From: Candidatus Dormiibacterota bacterium
Lineage (GTDB): Bacteria > Chloroflexota > Dormibacteria > Aeolococcales > Aeolococcaceae
DNA length: 64,000 nt
Assembly (NCBI GenBank): GCA_963709585.1
Contig: CAVPXI010000007.1
Location: forward strand, 448,001 to 512,000
Direction: 5' to 3'
Each line of letters starts with the position of its first letter. Position 1 is the first letter of the stretch. A program made the position numbers and the translations under genes. Positions 1-9,161 of this stretch are shown here, piece by piece. The notes beneath the pieces are model-generated. The model saw only the letters and a program-made list of their open reading frames with translations. It did not search any database and was not told where the DNA came from.

Positions 1-93
1 GTACTGGCTGCCGAAATCGAGAACGAGGATCGTGTCCTGGGCGACCTGCACAGGCGTGCGCGCCACCGCGCCTGCGTCAGTCGCGACAGTCAT
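1..93 (-). CDS. guaA: GMP synthase (glutamine-hydrolysing), 5' part only; runs off the window start
   Basis: Manual translation gives MTVATDAGAVARTPVQVAQDTILVLDFGSQY, the GuaA N-terminal motif. GGAGG RBS upstream; directly follows the GuaB3 gene. Confidence 0.9.
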   Translation of the reverse strand, partial: MTVATDAGAVARTPVQVAQDTILVLDFGSQY

Positions 94-114
94 CACCGTC
101 CTCCCACCGCTCCT

Positions 115-1275
115 TCAGACCCCCATGCCGACACGCTGCTCGCGCTGCTGCACCTTGCCCTCGGTCTTGATCGACGGAGCGATCACCATCTCGGTTTCCT
201 GGAACTCGGCGATCGTCCGTGCGCCGCAGACGCCCATCGCGGTTTTCAGGGCGCCGACGAGGTTCATGCTCCCATCGTCAACGTGTGCCGGTCCGAAGAG
301 GATCTCGCGCAGCGTTCCTTTGATACCGGTCCGGATGCGCGTGCCCCGCGGAAGGTTGGGGTCGGGCGTCGCCATGCCCCAGTGGTTGCCGTGACCCGCG
401 GCCTCCGCTGCCGACGCGAAGATCGAGCCGATCATGACCGCGTCCGCGCCGCTGGCGAATGCCTTGGCGACGTCGCCACCAAGACGCATCCCACCGTCGG
501 TGATGATCGCCACGCGCTCGCCGCTGCGGCGGAAGTGGTCGTCACGAGCGGCCGCGCAGTCGCTGGTGGCGGTCACCTGAGGTACCCCGACGCCGAGCAC
601 GGCGCGGGTCGTGCATGCGGCTCCCGGGCCGACGCCGACGAGCAATCCCTTGATGCCTGTGTCCATCAGCTCGAGCGCGGTGGCGTAATCGACGCAGTTG
701 CCGGCGACCACCGGAATATCGACCGACTGGGTCAACTCGGAGAAGGAGAGGTGCTTGTACGACTTGCTGACGTGGCGAGCCGTGAGCACGGTTCCCTGCA
801 CGACCAGCATGTGCGCTCCGGCTTCCTGGACGATCGGGGCGCGCCGCTCCGCATGCGCCGGCACCGTCGAGACCGCGCAGGCCACGCCGGCGCGGGTGAT
901 CTCCTCGATGCGCTGGCCGATGAGCCCATCCTGCACGGGCGCCGTGTAGATCTTCTGCAGGAGCGTGTTGATCTGGTCGACCGGCGAGTCCGCGATGGCG
1001 GCGAGGACCTCGGCCGGATCCTCATAGCGCGTCTGCACGCCGTCCAGATTCAGGACCGCGAGCCCGCCGAGATGTCCCATCTCCGCGGCGAAATGCGTGT
1101 CCACGACGCCGTCCATAGCGGCGGCGAGGAAGGGAATCTCCAGTGTGGTGCCGTTGACGGCGAACGAGACGTCGATTTCCGCCGGGTTCACAGTCACGCG
1201 ACCGGGGACCAGGGCAACCTCGTCGAACCCGTACGCACGCCGGGCCCGCTTGCCTCTGCCCAACTCGAACTCCAT
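115..1275 (-). CDS. GuaB3-family IMP dehydrogenase-related protein (no CBS domains)
   Basis: RRAYGFDEVALVP N-terminus, GVGPGAACTT catalytic Cys loop, ITDGG, WGMATPDPNLPRG. Confidence 0.92.
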   Translation of the reverse strand: MEFELGRGKRARRAYGFDEVALVPGRVTVNPAEIDVSFAVNGTTLEIPFLAAAMDGVVDTHFAAEMGHLGGLAVLNLDGVQTRYEDPAEVLAAIADSPVDQINTLLQKIYTAPVQDGLIGQRIEEITRAGVACAVSTVPAHAERRAPIVQEAGAHMLVVQGTVLTARHVSKSYKHLSFSELTQSVDIPVVAGNCVDYATALELMDTGIKGLLVGVGPGAACTTRAVLGVGVPQVTATSDCAAARDDHFRRSGERVAIITDGGMRLGGDVAKAFASGADAVMIGSIFASAAEAAGHGNHWGMATPDPNLPRGTRIRTGIKGTLREILFGPAHVDDGSMNLVGALKTAMGVCGARTIAEFQETEMVIAPSIKTEGKVQQREQRVGMGV

Positions 1276-1281
1276 CTGGAG

Positions 1282-1287
1282 ATTCTA
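1282..1287 (-). promoter_or_regulatory. -10 element (TAGAAT) of a probably leaderless guaB3-guaA transcript
   Basis: TAGAAT lies 6 nt upstream of the ATG at 1275, with no SD sequence. Confidence 0.6.
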
Positions 1288-1317
1288 CAGGAGTGGCCAG
1301 GGAGTCCGGCCTTGCGA

Positions 1318-1365
1318 TCGCACCATCTTGTGGACCTGTGTGAGCGCAGCCACCACATGTGGTGG
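1318..1365. promoter_or_regulatory. Tandem NrdR-type boxes
   Basis: TCGCACCATCTTGTGG (1318-1333) and the perfect palindrome CCACCACATGTGGTGG (1350-1365), 32 bp apart. Both resemble the NrdR consensus acaCwAtATaTwGtg. Confidence 0.6.
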
Positions 1366-1403
1366 TGGCACCTGAACCTTCCCGGCCGCCCCCGCTTCGC
1401 GAG

Positions 1404-2660
1404 CTAAGGGTAGATCCCGCGCACTCGGGTGGCTTCGGCGACCTTGGTCACCGCGATGCGGAACGCGGCGTCGCGGAGCGTGATCCCGTTCGCCAGCGCC
1501 TCACCCCTCACCTGTTGATAGCTCCGGGTCATGACCTCGCGGAGGCGGGAGTTCACCTCGCCCGAGCCCCAGAAATACGCCTGGATGTCCTGCACCCACT
1601 CGAAGTACGACACCACCACACCGCCGGCATTGGCGAGGATGTCCGGGAGGATGAGGACGCCGCGGGCATTGAGCGCCGCATCCGCATCGGTGGTCAGCGG
1701 AGCGTTCGCACCCTCCGCAATCACCTTCGCGCGGACTGAGTTGGCGTTGCGACGGCTGATCTGTGCTTCGAGTGCGGCGGGGACGAGCACATCGACATCG
1801 AGCGTCAGCACCTCGTCACCGTCGATCTGTTCCGCTCCTCCGTAGTCGGTGAAGTGCCCGCCCTCCTCCTTGAGGTGGCGGAGCGCCATCAAATCGAGTC
1901 CCTCGGCGCGGTACAGGCCGCACGTGCTGTCGGAGACAGCGACGACTGTCATCCCCTCGGCCGACAGCAGCTCGGCGCTCACACCACCGACCTTCCCGAA
2001 TCCCTGGATTGCGACGCGCGCACCGGATGGATCCAGTCCCGCGTCGCGCATGGCGAGCACAGTGACCATGGTCAGGCCGCGTCCGGGTCCGGTGAACCGT
2101 CCTTCGGAACCACCGATCGCCTGTGGTTTCCCGGTCACCGATGCCGGCACCGAGAACCCCGCGTGCATCGACAGCGTGTCCATGATCCACGCCATCACCT
2201 GCGGTCCGGTGCCGAGATCGGGCGCGGGAATGTCGCGATCCGGTCCGACGATGAGCGAGATCTCCGTGGTGAATCGTCTGGTCAGCCGCTCCAGCTCGGC
2301 GAGGGTGAGCGCGTGCGGGTCGCAGATGACGCCCCCTTTTGCGCCGCCAAAGGGGACGTCGGCAACCGCTGTCTTCCAGGTCATGTACATCGCCAGGGCT
2401 CGGGCGTCGTCCAGGGTCATCGAGGGGTGGTAGCGCAATCCCCCTTTTGCTGGTCCGCGGGCGATGTTGTGCTGTACGCGAAAGCCCGTGAAGACTTGGA
2501 AGGAGCCGTCGTCCATCTCCACCGGGAAATGCACCACCAGCTCGCGTTTGACCTCGCGCAGCACAGCCCGCAGGGAATCGTCCAACCCGATGGCGTCGGC
2601 GGTAGCGTCGAACTGCCGCTGAGCAATGCTCAGGGCGGAGCGCTCATTGGTCCCGGACAT
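1404..2660 (-). CDS. gdhA: Glu/Leu/Phe/Val dehydrogenase (glutamate dehydrogenase)
   Basis: GPAKGGLRYHP, PFGGAKGG, DIPAPD, QGFGKVG and NAGGVVVSYFEWVQ motifs. Confidence 0.93.
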   Translation of the reverse strand: MSGTNERSALSIAQRQFDATADAIGLDDSLRAVLREVKRELVVHFPVEMDDGSFQVFTGFRVQHNIARGPAKGGLRYHPSMTLDDARALAMYMTWKTAVADVPFGGAKGGVICDPHALTLAELERLTRRFTTEISLIVGPDRDIPAPDLGTGPQVMAWIMDTLSMHAGFSVPASVTGKPQAIGGSEGRFTGPGRGLTMVTVLAMRDAGLDPSGARVAIQGFGKVGGVSAELLSAEGMTVVAVSDSTCGLYRAEGLDLMALRHLKEEGGHFTDYGGAEQIDGDEVLTLDVDVLVPAALEAQISRRNANSVRAKVIAEGANAPLTTDADAALNARGVLILPDILANAGGVVVSYFEWVQDIQAYFWGSGEVNSRLREVMTRSYQQVRGEALANGITLRDAAFRIAVTKVAEATRVRGIYP

Positions 2661-2776
2661 GCGCAGGCCGCACTATACGCAACAGGGGCGTGGTTTAGGT
2701 CGGTCGGGACACCCCGGATTAGCACTCCAACGCGTCGTGTAGTTGCCTGCCCTGGCAGCAACGCGATGCGCAATCA

Positions 2777-2805
2777 TTGACAATCACGATCACAACCAGC
2801 ATGCT
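2777..2805 (+). promoter_or_regulatory. Sigma70-type promoter of the histone-like gene
   Basis: TTGACA (2777-2782), 17 nt spacer, CATGCT (2800-2805). Confidence 0.6.
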
Positions 2806-2815
2806 ATGCGCGAAC

Positions 2816-2842
2816 GACAGGAGGTTTTGGACACCTCCTGTC
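2816..2842 (+). promoter_or_regulatory. 5'-UTR stem-loop
   Basis: Perfect 10-bp stem GACAGGAGGT/ACCTCCTGTC with loop TTTGGAC, upstream of the AAGGAGG RBS. Confidence 0.6.
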
Positions 2843-2868
2843 ACAAACAACAAGGAGGCCCATAGGAT

Positions 2869-3660
2869 ATGGCCAGGACCAGACGTAGGAGAGGCGGCGT
2901 CGAGAAGGCCGTCAAACGCACCGTGAGGCGCGTAGGGACGACTGCTCGCCGTCGCGCACCCGCCGCTGGTGGCGATCTCGGTAAGGCGGTGCAGAACCTC
3001 GTGAAGGCATTGCCCGTCGGCGAGTTGGAAAAGCGACTCGCGGGCCTTGAGAAGATTGTCGCGCGGCTCGAAGTGAGCCTGCGTGGTGCAGCCAAGCGCG
3101 CGACCACCGCGGTTCGCGGGAGCAAGCGCACCACTGCCAAACGCGCAACCGCAAAACGCGGCACCGCGAAGCGGGCGACTGCGAAGCGCGCCACTGCCAA
3201 GCGGGCAACCGCCAAGCGCGCCACTGCCAAGCGGGCGACCGCGAAGCGCGCCACCGCCAAGCGCGCAACTGCCAAGCGGGCAACCGCCAAGCGCGCCACC
3301 GCCAAGCGCGCAACTGCCAAGCGGGCAACCGCCAAGCGCGCCGGCGCCAAGAAGACCACGGCACGCAAGACAACCGCGCGCAAGACCGGGGCACGCAAGA
3401 CAACCGCACGCAAGACCACGGCTCGCAAGACCACGGCGCGCAAGACCACGGCCCGCAAGCCGGCCGCGCGCAAGACCACCGCTCGTAAGACCACGGCGCG
3501 CAAGACCACGGCCCGCAAGCCGGCCGCGCGCAAGGCCACCGCTCGCAAGACCACCGCTCGTAAGACCACTGCGCGCAAGCCGGTGACCCGGCGTCGCGTG
3601 GTGCGCAAGCCCGTCGCAGCACCGCCCATGGCGGCACCGGCGACCCCGACACCGAGCTGA
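2869..3660 (+). CDS. Histone H1-like Lys/Arg/Ala/Thr-rich protein with an N-terminal helical domain
   Basis: AAGGAGG RBS, own promoter and terminator; about 31 tandem KRATA/RKTTA pentapeptides. Confidence 0.85.
   Translation: MARTRRRRGGVEKAVKRTVRRVGTTARRRAPAAGGDLGKAVQNLVKALPVGELEKRLAGLEKIVARLEVSLRGAAKRATTAVRGSKRTTAKRATAKRGTAKRATAKRATAKRATAKRATAKRATAKRATAKRATAKRATAKRATAKRATAKRATAKRAGAKKTTARKTTARKTGARKTTARKTTARKTTARKTTARKPAARKTTARKTTARKTTARKPAARKATARKTTARKTTARKPVTRRRVVRKPVAAPPMAAPATPTPS
3124..3588 (+). repeat. 15-bp coding tandem repeat, about 31 units (15 KRxTA-type, 1 KKTTA, 15 RKxxA-type)
   Basis: Seen directly. Synonymous third positions vary between units. Confidence 0.95.
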
Positions 3661-3695
3661 GCCGACTGGCTCAGACACCAAACCTTTCGTAGTTC

Positions 3696-3727
3696 AGAAG
3701 GCCTCCGGCCGGTGCCGGGGGCCTTCT
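3696..3727. terminator. Hairpin terminator between convergent genes
   Basis: AGAAGGCCTCCGGC-CGGT-GCCGGGGGCCTTCT followed by TCG, between the histone-like gene and the ltaE stop. Confidence 0.7.
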
Positions 3728-3732
3728 TCGCG

Positions 3733-4811
3733 TCATGTCGCAGCGACACCTCGGAGCGTCGCGAGGCGCCCCGGCTCGCTGGTCAGCACGCGACCGACCA
3801 CGCTCGCGGCGCGCTGCGCGCCGGCAGCGTCCACGTCCAGGTGGGTCACGCACCGGAGCGTATGCGGACCCATGGAGCTCACCAAGACGCCGTCCTCGCG
3901 CATCCGATCCGCGAGCTCCGCCGCGGGCGCGAGCGTGTCGAACATGACGATGTTGGTGGCCACGGCAGGCCGCCGCAGTGTCGCGCCGGCGCATCCGGCG
4001 ACGGCGTCGGCAATGACCCTCGCATTGGCGTGGTCCTCCGCCAGCCGCTCGACGTTGTGTTCGAGGGCGTACAGACCCGCAGCCGCGATGACGCCCGCCT
4101 GGCGCATGCCGCCGCCGAGCCGTTTGCGCCACCGTCGCACCGCCTCGATGGTCGGTGCATCGCCGGCGACCACCGACCCGACAGGAGCACCGAGCCCCTT
4201 GCTGACGCAGACCGTGACCGTGTCGCACTCGTCCACCAGCTCGGCGGGGGTCACGCCCAGCGCCACGGCAGCATTGAACAGCCGCGCTCCGTCGCAGTGC
4301 ACACGGAGCCCCTGGGCATGCGCGGTGCGCGCGGCACCGTGCACCCGGGCCACGTCGATGGCGCCACCACCTCTGCGGTTATGCGTGTTCTCGATACAGA
4401 GGAGGGTGGACACGGGCTGATGGATGTCCGGCGCCCGAACCGCCGCGGTGATCGAACTTCGGCATCGGGGACGCCGTCGACGCTCTCGAGGACGCGGAGC
4501 TGGATGCCTGCGACAATCGCCGTGCCACCAACCTCGTAGACCACCAGGTGCGCCTGCGCGTCTGCGATGACCTCATCGCCGGGTCGCGTCTGCGCGGCGA
4601 CGCACGCGAGGTTGCCCATGGTCCCGCTCGGCACGAACACAGCCGCCTGCTTGCCAAGGCGGCGCGCCATCTCTTCCTCGAGGCGTCTGACCGTGGGATC
4701 CTCGCCCCAGACATCGTCGCCGACTTCGGCGTGCGCCATGGCAGCCCGCATCCCCTCATCGGGAACGGTCAGCGTGTCACTCCGGAGATCGACGATGCCT
4801 GGCGCTGACAT
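3733..4811 (-). CDS. ltaE: Low-specificity L-threonine aldolase (frameshift near 4454-4460)
   Basis: VDLRSDTLT, GDDVWGEDPT and PSGTMGN in one frame; CIENTHN, HCDGAR, SKGLGAPVGS and GGGMRQAG in another. Confidence 0.9.
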
Positions 4812-6854
4812 TGCTCTCGCTCTGCATGACCTGCGCATCCTGAACCATCGACGGCGTCGCTCGCGCCGGCGGTGCGTCATCCGGTGCACCGGCCATGCAT
4901 GTCCGATCGCGTCCCATCCGCTTGGCCTGGTAGAGAGCGCCGTCGGCGAGGCCGAACAGCTCGGCAGCGTCGTTCGTGTCCTCGGGGTACGCGGCCACCC
5001 CGATGCTGACGGTCAGACGCAGCGCGACGCGACCGGGAAGGTCGACGTCGGTCGCCGCGACCGCGTGCCGGATCTTCTCGGCGACCATGAATGCCTCTCG
5101 AGCGGACGTGTTCGGCATCACCACCACGAACTCTTCGCCACCGTAGCGCGCGGTCATGTCCGCGCGCCGGACGTTGCCGGCGACCGTCCTGGCGAAGGTC
5201 GAGAGCGCGAGGTCACCGGCAGGGTGACCGTGCGAGTCGTTCAGTGCCTTGAAGTGGTCGATATCGAGCATGAGGATCGCCAGCGGCGCTCCCAACCGCT
5301 CGGCGAGCGCCACCTGTTGTCCGAGTGAGTCGACCAGGAAACGATGGTTGTAGAGGCCGGTGAGGTCGTCGACGGTGGCCTGGCGCTGCACCACCGCGAG
5401 GAAGCGGTAGCGCTCGAGCGCAAGTGAGATCTGCTCCGCGGTCGACGCGACCAGGTCGGAGTCGCCGGCGGTGAATACGCTGTCCTGACCGGCGACCGCG
5501 AGGACGCCGTGCACGTGCTTGCCGAGCCGGAGCGGAGCCACGCAGAACTCGCGAACATCGAGTTCGGCCTCGGGCGCGATCGCGGTTGCGCCGAGGATGA
5601 TCGCGCCGAGCCCCTCGTACCGATATCCTTCGCCGAGCGGTCCGCGTCCTTCGAGAAAGCCGTCGAAGCTGATGCGACGCCCGCCGTCGGCGACCGCGAA
5701 TGGATCGCTCATCTCCGAAGCGTTCACGACGATCATCGCCAGGTCCACGTTCATCGATCGACGCAACTCGGCGCAGACATTGGCGAGCGCTGCCTCCAGG
5801 GGCTGGGCGAGGCTGAGCTCCATCGCGATCGTGGCTCGGCTCGCGGTGACGCGCATCGTCGAACGGACCTGAACGCGCATCGCCTCGAAGCTCGCGCCCA
5901 GCCTGCCGACCTCATCCACGGACCCCGCGAGCACGGGTCGATCGAAGTCGCCGCTCCCCAGTGCCGCGACCGCGCCGTCGAGACGCTGCAGCGGCCGGCG
6001 CAGATCGATCTGCACGACGATCACGATGAAGAGCATCGCGACCAGGATCACCGCGAACAGCAGCAGTGCCGACTGCCAACCAATAGGCGGACCGGAGAAC
6101 GGCGTCAGCACCACCAGGGTGAGCCCGTCGCCGATCGATGTGGACGCGACGGCGAACTGATGGGAGTCGAGGGAGACCACCGTCGGAGTCGACGCCGAGA
6201 TCGCGGCGGTGAGCGCCGGGGTCAGCGCGTCGACGCCGCCCGCCACCGCGAGCGCGCGGTCGCGGCGGACCAGGAGCAGCCCGACCCGATCGGCTGCGGT
6301 TGCGACGTTGCGATCGATGGCATCGATCAATGCCGCGGTCAGCGGCCGAGCGACGAACGCGATCGCCGATGTCCCCGGAACGTGTGACGCGGCGACGAGC
6401 CACGCCGCGGCACCGGACGTTGCGGTCGTGTTCGCGCCGGTCGCCGCGCTGACGATGCTTCGCGTTGAGGCGTCCGAGAGAACCGTTGATCGCTGCACCG
6501 CGACAACACCGCCGTCGACCTGCTCGACCCCGAGGATGTCGTCGGTGCCGATCACCGACGCGTCCTCGACGAGCGTTGCCTGCACCGCCGCCGGCGCGGT
6601 GACGTGGCCGGCGGCGAGCTGGCGGCCAACGCCGGCGATGAAGGTCGCAAGCGACGCGCGCTGGCCGTCGATGAGATTGGAGGCGATCGAGACCCTCTCC
6701 GCCGCGCTGTTCTCAGCCTGGCTTCGCGTGCTGGCGGCGGCGAGCATCAGCGGCACAACCGCGATGGTCAGGCCCGCGACGAGAATCACCGCCGCGAATT
6801 TAGAGAGAACGATGCACCCCGCCAGATGCCGCTCAACCACCGGACCCCTCGCAT
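4777..6854 (-). CDS. Membrane diguanylate cyclase (TM-sensor-TM-HAMP-GAF-GGDEF); start uncertain
   Basis: DDLTGLYN, DIDHFK, RRAD I-site and GGEEF active site; HAMP-like DEVGRLGASF. The ATG at 6854 would need a 1-nt correction near 6810. Confidence 0.88.
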
Positions 6855-6864
6855 CGACTTCCGC

Positions 6865-7444
6865 TCAGCCCGATCGTCGAACCAGGACGAGGGACAGAAC
6901 CGCGATCGTCGCGGCCACCAGGATCGTTGAGAGGGCGATGACGTATCCCGCCCCCGGACCGCCGGCGGTCGCGATCACAGGGCGGACCGCGGGAATGGTC
7001 AGAGACGGGGGTGCAAGCACCGGTGGCCGCGGGCCAGGCAGGGGACTCCGGGCGCTTGGGCGGCGCTGCCGCGAAGGATGGCGTCCGTGGTGACGAGGCG
7101 TTGCCCCGCCGAGCGGTGATCGCAGCGTGCGCAGGCGCGGATCGTGGCGCCGGCGTTGATACGGGTTCCGGGAGTGCGGTCGGCACTATGGGTGGCGACG
7201 TGCCGGCCTTCGGCGTTGGAGCCCGCGATCGATCGCGGTCATGCTCATCGTCACAGGCGTCACGCGACCGCCCGTGGTGGCACCGATGATCGCGGTCACG
7301 CTGCTCGTCCCCGCGCGCGGGTGGCCCTGCCGCCGCGCGATGCGCCGGCGTGTCCAGCGCGGCGGCCAAGACGTCCGCCGACCCGAACAAGATCGAGAAC
7401 GTCGACGCGCCGACGAGCACGATCAGGAGCGCGCGGCCGATCAT
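6865..7444 (-). CDS. Pro-rich exported protein with signal peptide and C-terminal TM anchor (probable frameshift near 7040)
   Basis: MIGRALLIVLVGAS... N-terminus; a second frame ends ...YVIALSTILVAATIAVLSLVLVRRSG-stop. Confidence 0.5.
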
Positions 7445-7488
7445 CAAGTCACTCCGCGTCGATCCTACGGCCGCCTTCGGTGGGACTT

Positions 7489-7504
7489 GTGACCGAAATG
7501 TGAC
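7489..7504. promoter_or_regulatory. GTGAC-N6-GTGAC direct repeat (OmpR-family type box)
   Basis: TGTGAC-CGAAA-TGTGAC, 21 nt upstream of a TAGGAT -10 on the minus strand. Confidence 0.45.
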
Positions 7505-7513
7505 ACTTTTCAG

Positions 7514-8053
7514 GTGCCCGTCGTCGTCATCAATTTCACCGACGGTGAGGTCGTTCTTGCCGACGCGCCGGAGATCACCTTTGATCTCGCGATCCTCGAC
7601 GCGGAGATTCGTTCGATCAACCCGAACAGCGAGCGCGCACTCTTTCCGGTGAGCGCGATTCGCCAGATCCTCGTCGGCGATCCGGAACCGGCGCCGCCGG
7701 AAGCCGAGGTGGCCACCTGGGACCGGGCGGCCTTCCACTTCATCGATGGTCCCGTGCTGCGCGCGTCGATTCGCTCCGACGCTCATCTCGGTCGATATGG
7801 GGGGGTGTGGCGGATCGTCGAGCCCGATTCGGCCGAGCTCCGCACCATCGCCGTTCCCTACGCGGCCCTGAAAGGCGTGTATCAGATCCGTCAGTGGGAC
7901 AGCCGTCCGGCCGGAGAACGTGACGAGCACGCAGAGCTCGATCAGCTGGCGCGGGTGCTCGCCGAGCGCGAGCGGACCATTGCGGGAGGCGGCGCCGTGC
8001 CGACCCGGCGACCGCTGCTGTCGCGGATGCGACGCCCCCCGGATTCGGCCTGA
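7514..8053 (+). CDS. Hypothetical protein with two internal beta-rich repeats
   Basis: Typical codon usage; repeated F-x-D-G motifs (INFTDGEV / FHFIDGPV). Confidence 0.7.
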   Translation: MPVVVINFTDGEVVLADAPEITFDLAILDAEIRSINPNSERALFPVSAIRQILVGDPEPAPPEAEVATWDRAAFHFIDGPVLRASIRSDAHLGRYGGVWRIVEPDSAELRTIAVPYAALKGVYQIRQWDSRPAGERDEHAELDQLARVLAERERTIAGGGAVPTRRPLLSRMRRPPDSA

Positions 8054-8120
8054 TGTCGGTCCTGTCGCGCGTCTGTCGACGGCGCAGAACCGCCTCGGAC
8101 CTCATGCTACCGTCCCGGCT

Positions 8121-9161
8121 GTGACCACCACGCTGGTGCGTGGCGAGCCCGACGTCAACGGCGCACCCCCCTCGCTGACGAGCCGCCTCCTCACCCTCAA
8201 AACCATCGCGTCCCTCGGCATCGCCGTCGTCATCGTCGGCGTCGCGCTGTGGCGCGCCCAGATCGATTGGGGCGCGGCCTGGGACAACATCCGCCACGCC
8301 AATCCGTTCCTCTACCTCGGAGCCCTCGCGGTCTACTACGCATCGTTCGTGGTGCGATCGATCCGCTGGCACGTGCTCCTCAAGAACGCCGGCGAGGACC
8401 GCCCGGCCAGATCGCTGATCGGCATCGTGATCACGTCGTTCTTCGTCAACTGCGTGGTGCCCGCGAAGATGGGCGACATCTACCGCGGGTATCTCGCCAA
8501 GCAGAAGCTGGAGGTCCCGGTCAGCAAGGCGCTCGGCACGATCATCGCCGAGCGGCTCATCGACCTCATCGTGCTCATGGCGCTGCTGCTCGCGGCGGGC
8601 GCGGTCGTGTTCCGCACCAGGGCGCCGGGGTTTCTCATCCCATACGTGGTGATCGGCGTGCTCGTCTGCCTCGCCGGTGTCGCCGTGATCCTCGTGATGC
8701 GCGCGGGCCGCGGTCAGCGGATCCTCCGCCTGCTCCCGGAAGCCGTGTTCCACCGCTACGAGAGCCTGCGTCTCGGCACCGTCGACTCGTTTGCGCGGCT
8801 GCCCACCCTCCTCGGCCTCACCGTGCTGGTCTGGGCGGCCGAAGGCGCACGGCTCGGCCTGGTGGTGTTCTCGTTGCACCTGGTCGGTGTCCATCTGGGC
8901 CCATCGCAGTTCCTGCTCATCGCGCTGGTGGCGGCGTTGCTCACCACCGTCCCGTTCCTCCCCGGGGGCCTCGGACTCGTGGAGGCGGGGATGATCGGCG
9001 TGCTCATCACCGTCGGCGGCGTGACCAACTCGGCCGCGGTGTCGATCACCCTGCTCGACCGGAGCATCAGCTACGGCAGCCTGGTCGTCATCGGGTTCGT
9101 GATCTTCATCGTCACCCACGTGCACGTTCCCCGAGTGCACCGGGTCGCACCCCAGGGGTGA
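8121..9161 (+). CDS. Lysylphosphatidylglycerol synthase TM-region (UPF0104, flippase-like) membrane protein
   Basis: RSIRW, NCVVPAKMGDIYR, ERLIDL and PGGLGLVE motifs; many TM helices. Confidence 0.85.
   Translation: MTTTLVRGEPDVNGAPPSLTSRLLTLKTIASLGIAVVIVGVALWRAQIDWGAAWDNIRHANPFLYLGALAVYYASFVVRSIRWHVLLKNAGEDRPARSLIGIVITSFFVNCVVPAKMGDIYRGYLAKQKLEVPVSKALGTIIAERLIDLIVLMALLLAAGAVVFRTRAPGFLIPYVVIGVLVCLAGVAVILVMRAGRGQRILRLLPEAVFHRYESLRLGTVDSFARLPTLLGLTVLVWAAEGARLGLVVFSLHLVGVHLGPSQFLLIALVAALLTTVPFLPGGLGLVEAGMIGVLITVGGVTNSAAVSITLLDRSISYGSLVVIGFVIFIVTHVHVPRVHRVAPQG

Noticed and set aside
2719-2745. CIRCE-like TTAGCACTC
   Set aside because: Only the left half-site is present; GAGTGCTAA is missing 9 nt downstream, and no chaperone gene is adjacent.
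2719-3749. Antisense ORFs with RLAVA/LRAVV/GCPLG repeats
   Set aside because: Mirror images of the 15-bp repeat of the histone-like gene. Promoter, RBS and terminator all favour the plus strand.
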